This document shows, in pieces, positions 24,150 to 36,300 of a stretch of DNA of 55,876 nucleotides. How positions within the stretch are numbered: the stretch's first letter is position 1; each line of letters begins with the position of its first letter. Both the position numbers and the translations under genes were made by a program. The notes under the pieces are model-generated. The model was not told the DNA's origin. It saw only the letters and a program-made list of their open reading frames with translations, and searched no databases. The stretch spans positions 62,001-117,876 of the forward strand of contig QPGO01000212.1 of the NCBI GenBank assembly GCA_008632985.1, in the 5' to 3' direction. Source of the DNA: Psammoneis japonica. Taxonomy: Eukaryota.

Positions 24150-24830
24150 ACACCGATCGCAGTTCTCAGTTCTCACAGTGACCTGGTGACGCAGGTTGTG
24201 AGATGACGCACAAGCTCAGCTGCGGTGACTGGATGACACCAGTCGCAGCTCTCACAGAGACCTGATCGCACAGGTTGTGAGAACACGACACAACGCGGCG
24301 GTGATCAGACAGCACCGACGCAGTTCGTCAAGCAACTGATTCACTTGGCTGCGGTGACTGGACGACACCAGTCGCAGCTCTCACAGCGACCTGATTGCAC
24401 AGGTTGTGAGTGAACAACACAGCGCTGCACCTTGCAACGTAGGTTGTGAGACAACGCACAAGCTCAGCTGCGGTGACTGGACGACACCAGTCGCAGCTCT
24501 CACAGAGACCTGATCGCACAGGTTGTGAGAACACGACACAACGCTGCGGTGATCAGGTGGCACCGATGCAGTTCGTCAAGCAACTGGTTGGCTCGGCTGC
24601 GGTGACTGGACAGCACCAGTCGCAGCACTCACAGTGACCTGACAGCACAGGTTGTGAGAAGACGACACAGCGCTGTGGTGAACGGGTGGCACCAACGCGG
24701 TTCGTTGATCAACTGGACAGAACCACTGCAGTGACTGGACGACACCAGTTGCAGTGCTGCAGGTGGTGAGAAAACACACATCGCTGTGGTGATTGGATGG
24801 CACCGATCGCAGCTTCACGGTGATCGCACT
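24150..24830. repeat. Array of repeated stem-loop modules upstream of the Rep/helicase
   Basis: Repeated gctgcggtgactgg-acgaca-ccagtcgcagc and ctcacagagacctg-atcgca-caggttgtgag hairpins, about 4-5 copies each. Confidence 0.85.
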
Positions 24831-24899
24831 GAAAAAACAACCATTTTTGCTGAGCAACTTCTTGAAATTTGTTGAGTCAAAGTGTCAGCTTAAATTAAA

Positions 24900-27800
24900 A
24901 TGGACGAGGCCAACTCCCGTGTTTGCAGTGCAATCAATGGAAAGTTTGAGATGCTTTGTCCACACAGAGACGGAGAATTTAGACCACACGCATGTTCAGT
25001 CTGTGACGTTCTGCTGAAACCTAGAGAAGTTTGCCACTTGCCGCTCGAAACATTGGAATCAGCAAGAAACTCACTCACCCCTTCAGACTGGAACAGCGTG
25101 TCTGATCGTCTCAAGTCCTGCTGCACTGCAGAGCATGAAGATGCTGATTGGATCAAAGACCTGCCACTTTCTCCCCGCGCCCAATGCGTGGCACAGCAAG
25201 ACAGACGACGCGTCGACGGATTCACTTGCTGCAGCGAATGCCGAAGAAGCCTGGGAAGAGCCGTCACGCCAATGTGCGCGACAGCGAACAACTGCTGTTT
25301 CGGCACCCCGCCGCACGAACTGTTGTCACTGACCAAAGTGGAATTGGCAATGCTCACACCAGTGAAAACATGGGGATGCTGCTTCAGTTGCCTTGGCGGC
25401 AAACAGAAGAAGCTTCAGGGAAGTCTGACGTGCTACAAAGTCAAGATGCAAAGCATCGCAAGAACTGTTGTGCACTTCGACGTGCTGAATTTACATCAGA
25501 ATGTGATTGCACTGATGACTGGAAAGATGACTCCGGAGCAAAGACAACTTGCACGTTCAAAGAACAGAATTAGGACGCACCACATGCTGAGGGCGATGGA
25601 ATGGCTGTTGTGCCACAACCAAGAGTGGGTGCACCAACAGATGAATCTAGACGAAGCCAGGCGCAATCTGCGGAATCCCGCACTTGTCGACAGCACCAGC
25701 AAAGAAGAAGGAGAAAATGCGAGTGTTGAGACCTCAGAGTCATTTCACATTTACTTTCCTGATGGAACCATGTCTCCTGCGACCGGTGGTCAGTGCAACC
25801 TGGACTGCTTCAAAGATCTTGTGCACGAAGCTGCTGCCAACGGATTTGATTTAGAGGTGCAAGCACCGTTGTCTAAAGAATCTGCGAGTGATTTCAAAGG
25901 CAACAACTTCATCAACGCGTGTCTGCTGCAGTTTCCTTTTGGCAGAGGAGGAATCAATGAGACGAGAATGAAGAAAGACGGAAGTCTTACAGACAGCACC
26001 AACCTTGCACACTGTGCCGACCACTTGGCATGGATTTCCCAGCCTCACTTCCATGAGCAGCTCTTCGTGTTAATGTGCTGCAACTTGACAATGAATCAAA
26101 GGATGCCACAGAGCGCAGGGTGGAAAGTCAGGGACAAGAATCAGGCTGCACAGTTTGCAAACGAACTGACAGTGGACGATGTGGACAGAGCTGTTTGTGA
26201 TCGCAACTTGGGCAAGAGAAGAGATCATGGACTCGGGCACCACTTTTTGTGCGCACTCGACGTTGCATCTGCGTCTCTGCCACACAGCAACAAAGCAGCA
26301 AAGAAAATGAGGAGAAACGCCGAAACTTGTCAGCATCATTTTGGTCAGGGTGGCATTTTCTTAACCGTCAGTCCGGACGATGCAAATTCGTTTCTAGTGC
26401 AACTGCACTCGGGTGTCATCCTGGACCCAAACGAAGACGTGACACAACTGACGGACGAAATTCTTGCCAGCAGGGCTGAGCAACGTAATGAACTGCATCT
26501 AAAGTTTCCCGGTCTAACAGCCTTTGCATTCGAGTGCTTGTTTGACATTACAACAGAAGAGGTGGTGGGTTGGGATCTGAGTGCCAACCAACCAAGAGAA
26601 AACTTTAACTTCTACATTGGCAGGCCAGCCACATTTTTAGCCGCAGTTGAGGAGCAGGGACGTCTGACAGTTCACGGACACATGCAGATCTGGTTTGCAT
26701 CGATCAACAATGCAAGAGAGAAACTGCATTTGCCAACAAGACAGATCCGATGCGAAGGTGCTGAGCACCTTGCCAACACAGTTCAGAAGATCTGCAGCAC
26801 GGAATTAATCTGCAGTGAGGACTTCAGCACTGGCGCGTTGCGCGAAGCATTCGATCATGACTGTGCAGCACCAAACATGTGTCGCACCTCTCCAAAAGCA
26901 GCAGACGACCAACAGCTAAGAAACCTGAGGCACAAAGACGGCCAGCAGTCGAAGAACGGAATGTTTGCTCATTGTCGTCACTGCACCAAGTGCTGGACAA
27001 ACGTCGAGTTTGTAGAAAGCTTTTTGCAGTCACGGCACCGTGCACCTGGCCTGACTCACTGTCCAGACAACCATGCAAAGCGACTAAAAGCAATGTGTGT
27101 GCAACACCAGCGAAGTGGTCCGCAAGGGACAATGGAGGCATGTGTGCCGGACGCAGCTTGCAACCATCACATGCACGTTACGAAGTCGTGTTTTCCCAAA
27201 TGCGCAGAGTTACGTAAAATGCGTAAAAAAACCCCACACGAGGAACTGGACACGCAGTCAAGGAAAAGGAAACGAGAGGAGCTCAAACTGGGTGACTGCC
27301 GTCACAGGCAACCAGCTGCTTCGTGTCCAAATGATTTGGCAAGGAACGCAGATGACACTCAGATAAAGTGGTTCAGCTGGGATGGAACTTTCACGTGTCG
27401 GCACGTGAAGGAAGTTGTTCCGAAGAGGAGAAAGTGCGATGCTTTTCAAAACGTGTCGTGCCCTGCAACAAGCAGATCAAAACTGACATGCAACACAAAC
27501 ATTGCTTTGTTGATGCCTGGACCATCTGCTCAGTGCACGATTGAGCACATCCTAAAAGATGCCCAGAAAGATGATGCTGCATCGTACGACGAAGTGCTTC
27601 GAACTGTGAACAGGACAGTGACGGAATTACGGAAACACGCATCTGATGCATCGGAAGCAATCAGACGTCTCATGTGGGATGCTTGCTCGCATGACAAGAC
27701 GAATGTCATTGGACCACCACTTGCGTCTTACACAACAAGGAATGGAAGCCGTTTCATCGAATCTCATTTGACCGCATGGTGCCCCTTGAAAGACATTGTC

Positions 27801-30424
27801 AGCACACTAGAAAGAGACGAAGTGTCTGCGACTGTAGCCCATTTTGGCGATGCACCGTTCTTCCAATGCCAGGCCTTGCACTGCCCATGTCGTCCAACAG
27901 CACTGGAGAATCTCAGTCCGTTTGCATTTTTTAGTGAGTGCAAAGTTCTTCGCAACACAAGGAAAAACGAACACGGCATGATGATGTTCGATGACAGAGC
28001 GCACAGGCACCCGTCTCACAATTCAACGAAGAACAAGTTTCTTCAAGGTGTCAGACAGCGACAGCAACCGCGATTGTTAAAAGCACTTCAGCATGATTTT
28101 CCTGATGCAGCCAAGTTTGGCAGTTGCCTTGTAGATCCGCAGCAACCAACAACACCAGACAAAGAATTGTGCTGCAAGTTGGCACTGGCCTTGTTTGCGC
28201 CTTGCAGAACAATGACGGAACTCAAACCAATGACCCACACATGCCTGTGTGAATTCCAACTCTCCGCAGTAGTCGGTGTTGTTGCAGAGGAAAACTTGAA
28301 CTTCTTGCAGAACCTGCAGGATGCCAAGTCCAACTGCCTTCGTCTCAAAAGTACATCTGACGATCTGCAAAGAAAGACGGAGCAATTTAGACCTGCTGAC
28401 GTTGCGTTTGACTGTTGCGAAAGTGACAAGGAAGAAGGTCTTTCAGGCGCCGTTCAGGGTCAACTGCTGGATGCACTCTTGGAAGAAATGGCAGAGCAGC
28501 CAGAAGACGATGACATTGGGTTGAGCGACCAAGCAGTCATTCCTGCGCATTTGAGCGGTAAACGTGCAAGACAGAAAGGTTCACACATGGGTGGTTGCAA
28601 ATGCTTGGCAGACATGCACACTGACCCACCAAACGAGGAAAGCCAGGTCAATGAACGACAACTTTTTGAGAATCTAGAGGGCGGCGATGACACCGACGAG
28701 GAAGACCAGAATGAAGGATTGCAACAACACATCCACAGCAGACCACTGTCAAGAGACGACATTGTTCGAGTGACACTGACTAGAACGCAAAGAACAAGAA
28801 GGTCGTTTGAGGACACAACAGGTTTGGAAGAACACGTCGATGTACGTCAAGCAAACGGATCTGCAGCAAGTGTCGTAGACTGGGCTAGGAAAGCAAGACT
28901 GGACAGGCAACAGCAGCGTGCCTTTGAAATTCTAGCAGGAACCTTTGTGCTCACTTGCTGCCAAGACGCTCTTCAAGATGAGACGTCACGCAATGGACTC
29001 AATGGGAGAAACAGCAGACACGAATTCGCAACAAACCTTCACCGATTGAAGAAACTCGTGGAAGTGCAAAGACGCAGAACGTTGCAACTTGTGTGTTTTT
29101 TACATGGTGCAGGTGGAAGTGGCAAATCAACCACAACAGACCTTGTCGTGGAATGCGGAAGAGAGCACTGCTCGCTTGTTGAGCAGCCGTTCACAACAAG
29201 CACAATCAGAACAACTGTCTGACCAGAGTGGCTGCGACCATTCTCAAAGGGGACACAATCCACCGAGTTGCACACCTCATGAGAAGAAAGCAAACAACCG
29301 AAGAGCAAATTGAAGCATGGTCAGACACGAGACTTTTGGTGGTAGACGAGATTTCTTTTGCAAGCAAGAGAGAACTAGAAAAACTCCATGAGAATTTAAC
29401 AGCATTGAAGAGCGAATTGAGCAAGCCGCACGGTGGTGTGAACATTGTTTTCGCAGGTGACCTCAGGCAACTAGAACCAGTCGGAAAAGGAGTGAAACCA
29501 CTGTGCAAAGATGTGTGTCCCGAGTTTCACGAGTGGATCAACTGCCACATAGAACTTCGTGGTGTACACAGGTTTAAAGACGATCCATCATGGGGAAAAC
29601 TGCTCAAGAGATTCCGCACTGGCAAGATTACAGTTGACGACATAGAGTGCATCAACGAACGAGTGGTTCAGAACGAAGATGATCTGCCCAGTGACCTCCA
29701 CCATGCCACGCACGCAAACAAGGACAGAGATGCAATTGACACTGGCCTGTTCGAAAAAAGAGCAGAAACACTGCACAGAAGAGATGGAGACGTCCTTGAC
29801 TCAATGTTGATTTTCAGTGACGACTTGCAGGTGCAGAATGGCACGAGACTCTACCAACCATTTCCGGTTTACAACAGCTTCTGGAACAACTGTGGTGAAG
29901 GAGACGTCGTCATGCAATCAGGAAGAATGGATCCAGTCTTGCGAATTTACAGAAGATGCAGAGTCATGACACCTTTCAACGAAAATGTGGCAAACGGTCA
30001 AGCAAACGGAACGCAAGCCACTGTTGATGAGGTCGTTCTCAAACCAGGACAGGAACCAAGACTGGTGACTTTAGACAACAACATTGGCATTCCTGCTGCA
30101 CTTGCCAGTCAGGTAGACCACGTTGCATTGGAACACTGCAACAAAAGCATCGACCCCGCGAAGTTTTTAGTTGAGCCAAAAACAAATGCTTTCAGGGCTT
30201 GCATCGCCAAGCCCAGCCTAATTTTAGAAGAAGGCGACAAACAAAGGCACACTTTCCAACTGAAGGCAACCCAGCTGCCGTTTGTAATCAACAATGCCAC
30301 TGCAGGGCACAAACTGCAAGGGAGTGGAGTCCCGCAGTTGTTTGTGCACTCTTGGAGCTACACTCAGAATTGGGTGCATGTTGTGCTCTCCAGAGCAAAG
30401 ACCAGAGAAGGGCCATTCATGTGA
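24900..30424 (+). pseudogene. Helitron-type (Helentron/Helitron2-like) Rep-PIF1 helicase; frameshift at ~29220
   Basis: Rep: ANN..FG.PP.EL..LT..E, FG..GIFLTVSPDD, HUH motif VEEQGRLTVHGHMQIW, and YxxxY-like motif mutated to QCTIEHILK. Helicase: GAGGSGKST, VVDEISF, AGDLRQLEPV, HRFKDD, NGTQA, QLPF..NNATAGHKLQG, HVVLSR. Confidence 0.85.
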
Positions 30425-30696
30425 AAGCCACCAAGCAAGGACCTGCAAAAATGCAAGGTCCCAGAAGGCTATGAAGCCTTGACAAGACTCATGAAGGAGA
30501 GAAGCGCCACGCATTTTTCTCAGCAACAGTGCGCAGAAATGTCAATGCAGTGCGCAAACATTGGGTTAGGATGCTCAACCACTGCACAACTGTTTGGCGA
30601 CCCCAACCGTAAAAATGCGGAAATTTCGTAAAATGGGGTGTTTCGATTAGATCAGCACATTGCGCAGAAATCCACACATGTGTCACACAACATCGA

Positions 30697-31167
30697 ATGG
30701 ATTTTAACCAACAAACCAAGAAATGCGAATGCAACCATCACAGCAAACGTAGCAATGGAGAAAACATGGATTTGCAACAACAAACAAAGAAGGCAGACAA
30801 GCCAAAGAAAACTGGTGAGGACAAGAAAAAGGTGCAGACACGTGCGGAACTTCTTCAGTCATTGATGAATGAGGAAGACGAAGAGGAGATTACCCTGGAA
30901 GAAGCAAGAGCGGCGTTTGACCTCACTTCGGGAAATTTTGATGTCACTTCTGCACTTGTGCAAGACAACACGACAGCGGACAGTCATCATGTGGAAACAA
31001 CGGTCGTGCCCAAGGATGGTTCAACCATGGAGGAGCTAAAGGCAGCATGTGCAGCGGCGATTCCACAGCGGTCGGGGAGATTTTTCACCGAGGAGGAGAT
31101 GGCGGAGCAGGAGAAGGAGCAAGCAAAGTCCCTTCAGAAGAAGCTTGGCCAGAAAGAATGGAGTTGA
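30697..31167 (+). CDS. Small charged hypothetical protein (TE cargo)
   Basis: 156-aa K/E-rich ORF with no Tyr, directly after the helicase. Confidence 0.3.
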   Translation: MDFNQQTKKCECNHHSKRSNGENMDLQQQTKKADKPKKTGEDKKKVQTRAELLQSLMNEEDEEEITLEEARAAFDLTSGNFDVTSALVQDNTTADSHHVETTVVPKDGSTMEELKAACAAAIPQRSGRFFTEEEMAEQEKEQAKSLQKKLGQKEWS

Positions 31168-31653
31168 GCAAATTGCAAATGACTGTTTGGCAAAGACAAC
31201 CGCATCAATGCGTAAAACACACACACATGGACTTTCACTTGAGCCGCCGCGGATTGAGTGTGGCCACAAATGAGGACCAACCATTTGTGGCAAAGAAGCT
31301 GCAACAATGCGCAAATTTCGCACATTTCCACACTCACTTAATCCAACGCAGCTTGCCTTAGACAACATCAACATGCACAACTAGACAACATCAATGTGCA
31401 CAGACAGCCTCATGAAACCTCACAGAAGACAGAAGGGTCAGAAGCAAAACAACCAGCACCACGCACTGACGCATGTTAGTCATGTCGCGTGGGTCGCGCA
31501 AAAGTGCGCACCGAAATAACCGTTATGTGTTATAATTAATTCGAACGCCCGGCGCAAAATGCAGCAAAATGATTGGTGCAGGCAATCGTCATGGCTCTAT
31601 TTTCTGATAGTAGCGAGGGCGGCAATCCAAAATCTTTCGGTTTCAGACTTCGA

Positions 31654-31817
31654 TCTAGAGAGTTCCACCTAAAAGAGGAGGAACCAATACGACGCCTCCT
31701 CTCCCTCGCTCTCTCTCTAGTAGAGAGAGTACGGTACATGTAGGCCCTACTCTAGCTAGAGTAGGTCGTAGGGCCTGCCAGAGAGGAGAGAGGCGTGGAA
31801 CGGTACTCTAGCTAGAG
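31654..31817. repeat. Fold-back / palindrome cluster
   Basis: Perfect 20-bp palindrome cctactctagctagagtagg (31746-31765), near-palindrome ctctctctagtagagagag, and outer arms gttccac/gtggaac. Confidence 0.7.
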
Positions 31818-32000
31818 ACAAGAAAAAAGCTGCCGTTAGGTAGTCGATGATTCGAATCAGCGTTTCTTTCCGCACCTATCATAAAGAAATGAACAACTTT
31901 CAGACCATCGCGGAGTGACAGCATGAAGCTAAGATCAAAGAGGGAGGGTAACTGGGTTGGGCTTGCGGTGAATCGTTTTATGTTTAGTCCTCTGACAATT

Positions 32001-33118
32001 CTACTTTGTCAAAACAGCAAGGTATCCCTCGTTTTCGTTCTCTACCGGCCCTTGTTGCAACTCCAGCCCAAGATCCATATCGATCAAATCTTGTTCGGTG
32101 GGGAGCCCGCTTTGAACCATGACAGGGTTTGCTTTTTGCTGCCCCAGGACATGTGCGGCGCCTTGTGGGTGGACAATGACAAGTTTCCCTTGTGGCTTCA
32201 ACAAGGAGGCGGCTCTCTTTAGCGCTTTTTGTGCGTTTGGTAAATCGTGAGGGACGAGCAAAAGAGTATTCCGTCGAAAAAGCCCTTGTCGCTCTCGAAT
32301 TCATCAATCGGTTGTAAAAAGTCCGCAGAGATAAAGGTCGGACCACGGTGTGTACGTTGAGCATTTCGAATCATTTCTGGAGATAAGTCAACTCCATAAA
32401 TCTGTTTGGCTGGCACTCCGGCCTTTGTCAGAGACGGTATGAGAACGCCCGGTCCGCAACCTACATCCAAGCACTTGCCGCTACTCCCAACCGCATCGGC
32501 AATGATGGAGCATGCGTAATCGACCCGTTCTTGTATCTCGGCTGGCATGTTTCCTATTAGAGCACGGGCGGCCTTTGCATCAGCCGATGCATCCCAAGTG
32601 AGCCTTTGGAATAGGTTGTGCAATAGCTCGTCTGAAAGTTCTGACGGATGTTGCTCATAAAGGGTCTGTAGCTGTTCCTTGGCACGTCTCGCGCCCTCCA
32701 TATCTTGGGGAGGTAATTTTGTCTGTTGTAAGATTGGTATCTTCGCAATGTATGCATCCCATCGTTTTACTTGCTGGTATAATTGAGCAGCTATCTGAAC
32801 ATGCTCTGGCAGTTCGCTCATGGCTTTCTGAATACGTTCCGATGTACCACGAGTCACATCACCACCATATTGATCCAACAATTGTTCCTTTGCGCGCTTG
32901 ATGTCCTTGGTACTCTTCTTCTTTTTTGTGCCGGAGCTCTTCCCAAAGCCTCCACCTGCACCGCCTCCAAATCCCTGGGCACGCAAGACAACAAGACGTC
33001 GTGTTGATGTCGTCAGAAAACCTGGTGATGTCTGCCAAATCCGTGACGTTAAAAAGCAAAACACACCGTTGCTAGAACCGAAGCCCAGCAATACTATAAA
33101 AAACACAGAGTAACGCAT
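32001..33118 (-). CDS. Class I SAM-dependent methyltransferase, likely plastid-targeted; apparent 1-bp frameshift at ~32250
   Basis: LDVGCGPG, GVDLSPEMI, and FDGILFCSSL|HDLP...LLKPQGKLVI across the shift. Signal peptide MRYSVFFIVLLG followed by a transit-like region and GFGG. Confidence 0.8.
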
Positions 33119-33359
33119 GGCGGGTCCGATCTCATGGATGATTTGTAATGATGAACGATGGACGGTGGAGGGCCGCACCACATTGGCATCGATCGCACAT
33201 CACACATCATCCACATCACAATCACACATCACACATCGCGCATGCACGCGCTCATAGACGAGAGACGAGAACTACGGTAACAAGCAGCAGGCGCATGATG
33301 TTGTCGTCTACCGGCAGGGGGGGAGGAACGATCGGCACAAAGCAGCAGCCACACATCTG

Positions 33360-36300
33360 TTGAAAGGATGGTGATGGCACCCTCAAAGATGAGCAGCTGT
33401 CAGAAGCATCTTTTGTCATCGGCACTGCTTTTGTGGACAACCAAGTTCCTGTCCACACTGCCAGCAGCCTGCATCTTTGCAAGGTTTGAACAAGAAGAAA
33501 GGTCAGTGCCGGAGCACACAAACGCTGCATGCTCACCTCTTTGTGGAAAGTGGTGGCTGAGAGTGCACTCAGCACAGACAATGAAACTGAATCCAAGAAA
33601 TGGCAACATGAGACAATGTGGAAGGCTGACCAATGCCTTGCCAATGAAACAGAAATTGTGGGACTTGACTGACTCCCTGTTCAATGTCTGGGGACCTGCA
33701 GCCGCCGCCACCCAATGAGTGAGGACCAAAGAGAACATCCCATCTGGTGTTTCGGTTGCACCCACATTTTGCAAAGACCACTCACATGGCTTTCCTTTGA
33801 ATCTCTGACAGATCCGTTGGAGCAAAATGTGCATCCGGAAAGGCACAAGTCATGCTTGACAAAAAGCAAGTGAAACAGTGAGTCCATGCTTTGTGCCTGT
33901 CAAGCAGACAAGACCTCAGAAACAGTGCAACATCAACACTCTTTCTCTTGCGTGCATTGCAGGGAGTCCTCTGGGTGCCAGCAAGAGCCTTGCAGTGTCC
34001 AAGGGTCTTGTGGGAAGCACATGCTGATGGCTGAACACTGGGACGCATGTGGGACCAATCTGCAGAAGAGATGTCAATGCTGACTTCATCATTGCATGCA
34101 CGCAGGTGCGGTTTGCCATCTTTGGTGAAATGCCATTTGAAGATGTGAAAGGAGCATTTGGGAAGTTCAAGTTCATGACCAGCAGCATTCAGAAGATCAC
34201 ACCACAATTGGTTGTCAGCCTGCATTTTGAAGGCCAAGTCTAATGATGAAGGTTGTGGGGATGCAGTGAAATTGTCAACTTGCTTTGAAGTGTCGTCAAT
34301 GCATCTGGGGTTGTAAATTTTCATGGACACCGCATGATTGGGCAACTCAAAAAATGCTGCATGGGAATGTTGATCGAACATCTCAAAAAGGCTGTTGCAG
34401 ATTTGGTTCCAACTAAAGGGAGAATTTCCACTGCCTTGGCCTGTGCCTTAAATTGGAAATTCAGCGGAATGAGAGTGTGATGATTCAGACAATCCAATTG
34501 CAGTCTTCAACCAGTGTCATGCCTGCTGCAGGGTGTGGTTTGCTCCTGTCTGGGTGACCTCTTTTGGCATGCCATTGCTGTGACTCTTGTGAGCTGCCAG
34601 AGCTGGAATGTTCCAATCACAGCAAGAGGTACAATCATTGTCACTGTGGATGGCAGTTTTCCTGGATGCCCTGCTGATTTCAAGCATTAGCTCCTCAAGG
34701 TGCACTGGAGCATTGGCATTCAAGAATGGTTGAGTGCTGCACATCCCTGGATTGCAAAGCTTGCATTGCTCCACATTCTGTGCAGGGGATCACCACATGA
34801 CACTAGAAATCAACTGAAAGTCAGCTTTGTAAATGTGAGTGACATGCAATCAGTGGATCTTGTTGTTCCCAGCTTCTTTGAAGACCATGACATTAACGAC
34901 ATCTTTCCATCAGTCACAGGAGTGTCCCCACCAGAGAGCACAGTTTAAAAGGTTCAGCCGCATTTGAGTGAGGGCATGTTGCACCACATCCAAATGCTTG
35001 CAGTCTTCAGTTGGGTCACCATCCTGGGCAGTGGCCTGAGAATGGGAGTGTGATGCACACATGGCTTTCCAATGACCCAAACGAGGACCTGACTTGACAG
35101 AGGCAGATGCAGACTCAGTCCACATTTTAATCTTTCCTTCTAAATCTGTTGCTGTAAGAAAGGAAGAGACAGACACTGGAGAGAATGATGTTTGGGATGA
35201 AGCACAAACCAGGAAGCAGCTTCATTGAGTTGATCCGTGTCACAGTCACCATCAAGAATGAGGTCTGCAGAGATTGCATTGCTGACGTAACCCAAGTCCA
35301 CCAACAAAGGGGGAACAGCAGGGGAAGGGGGCACCGTGGGCCTGTCCAAAGTGTTTTTGATTGCAAAGTTGAAGAGCAGTGGTGACATCAATGGGAGCAT
35401 TGATGGCAACCCATTTGTCACACTCTTTGGGGTTCACAGAGGGTTGCAGAGCACCTGAATGCTGTTTGTCCCCATGTCACGATCTGCCTGGCAAAACTTG
35501 ATCTTGCGGAAGAACTTCTTGATTTCTTTGGCTTTTCATGTGTTGTGCAAGACAGTGGCTTTCCTCCTGGAAGCCTTTGCACCTTCCAGCTCCAAGGCTG
35601 CAATCTTCTCCGCCATCTCCCATTCTCCATGTGCAACACCAGCTGCTGCCACCTTCTGGCATTCAGACTGGGCCACACGAAGGGCTGCCTGACATTCCTC
35701 AAAGGTCTCAGGAATGATGAATGAGCCCTCAATCTCATTCCGAATGTTTCTGACATGGCTGACATGGTTGATGTGAGTGTGCATCATGGATGTGACTCTG
35801 CTCAAGATGTGAACTCTGTGTTGAAGCTGAGCAAGTTTGATGGGCCATTCTGGTTTTCATGGTGTGCGCTTGACATTTCTTTGCTGCAGCCAGAGAAAAT
35901 TGTAAAAGGTCTCTGTCTGGTCTCTCAGCCAACTTGTGATCAGGTGTGTCGAGTTCAAGAAGTGCTCTTGATCTGGACAGAATGTCCCAGCTTGCAAGCA
36001 TGGGACCAATGGCATCAAGGTGCATCATCACCTGAGGTTTTGAGGAAGACAGCATGTCTTGATTGCTGGCTTTCGGGTGATCAACAGTTGGGTTTCCAAA
36101 CAGAGCCAATGTGTTGAAATCCACATGGCAAGCACGGTGATCAGAAGTGGCATGACACCCAAATGCCTTGTAACCTCCAAAATGAGCAGTGGCAAGGGCA
36201 CCTGGGGTGGCAAGAATGCAGTCTAATTGCTTTGAACCTCAAGTGCATGTTGAAAGTTCTGTGTTGCCCATCAAGTTGAAGAGAACATCTGACAAATCAA

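Noticed and set aside
24150..24830. CRISPR array
   Set aside because: The intervening segments are themselves repeated, there are no unique spacers or cas genes, and the context is eukaryotic.
12100..31400. Numerous antisense and overlapping 60-200 aa ORFs
   Set aside because: An expected by-product of TAA/TAG depletion in TpA-poor DNA.
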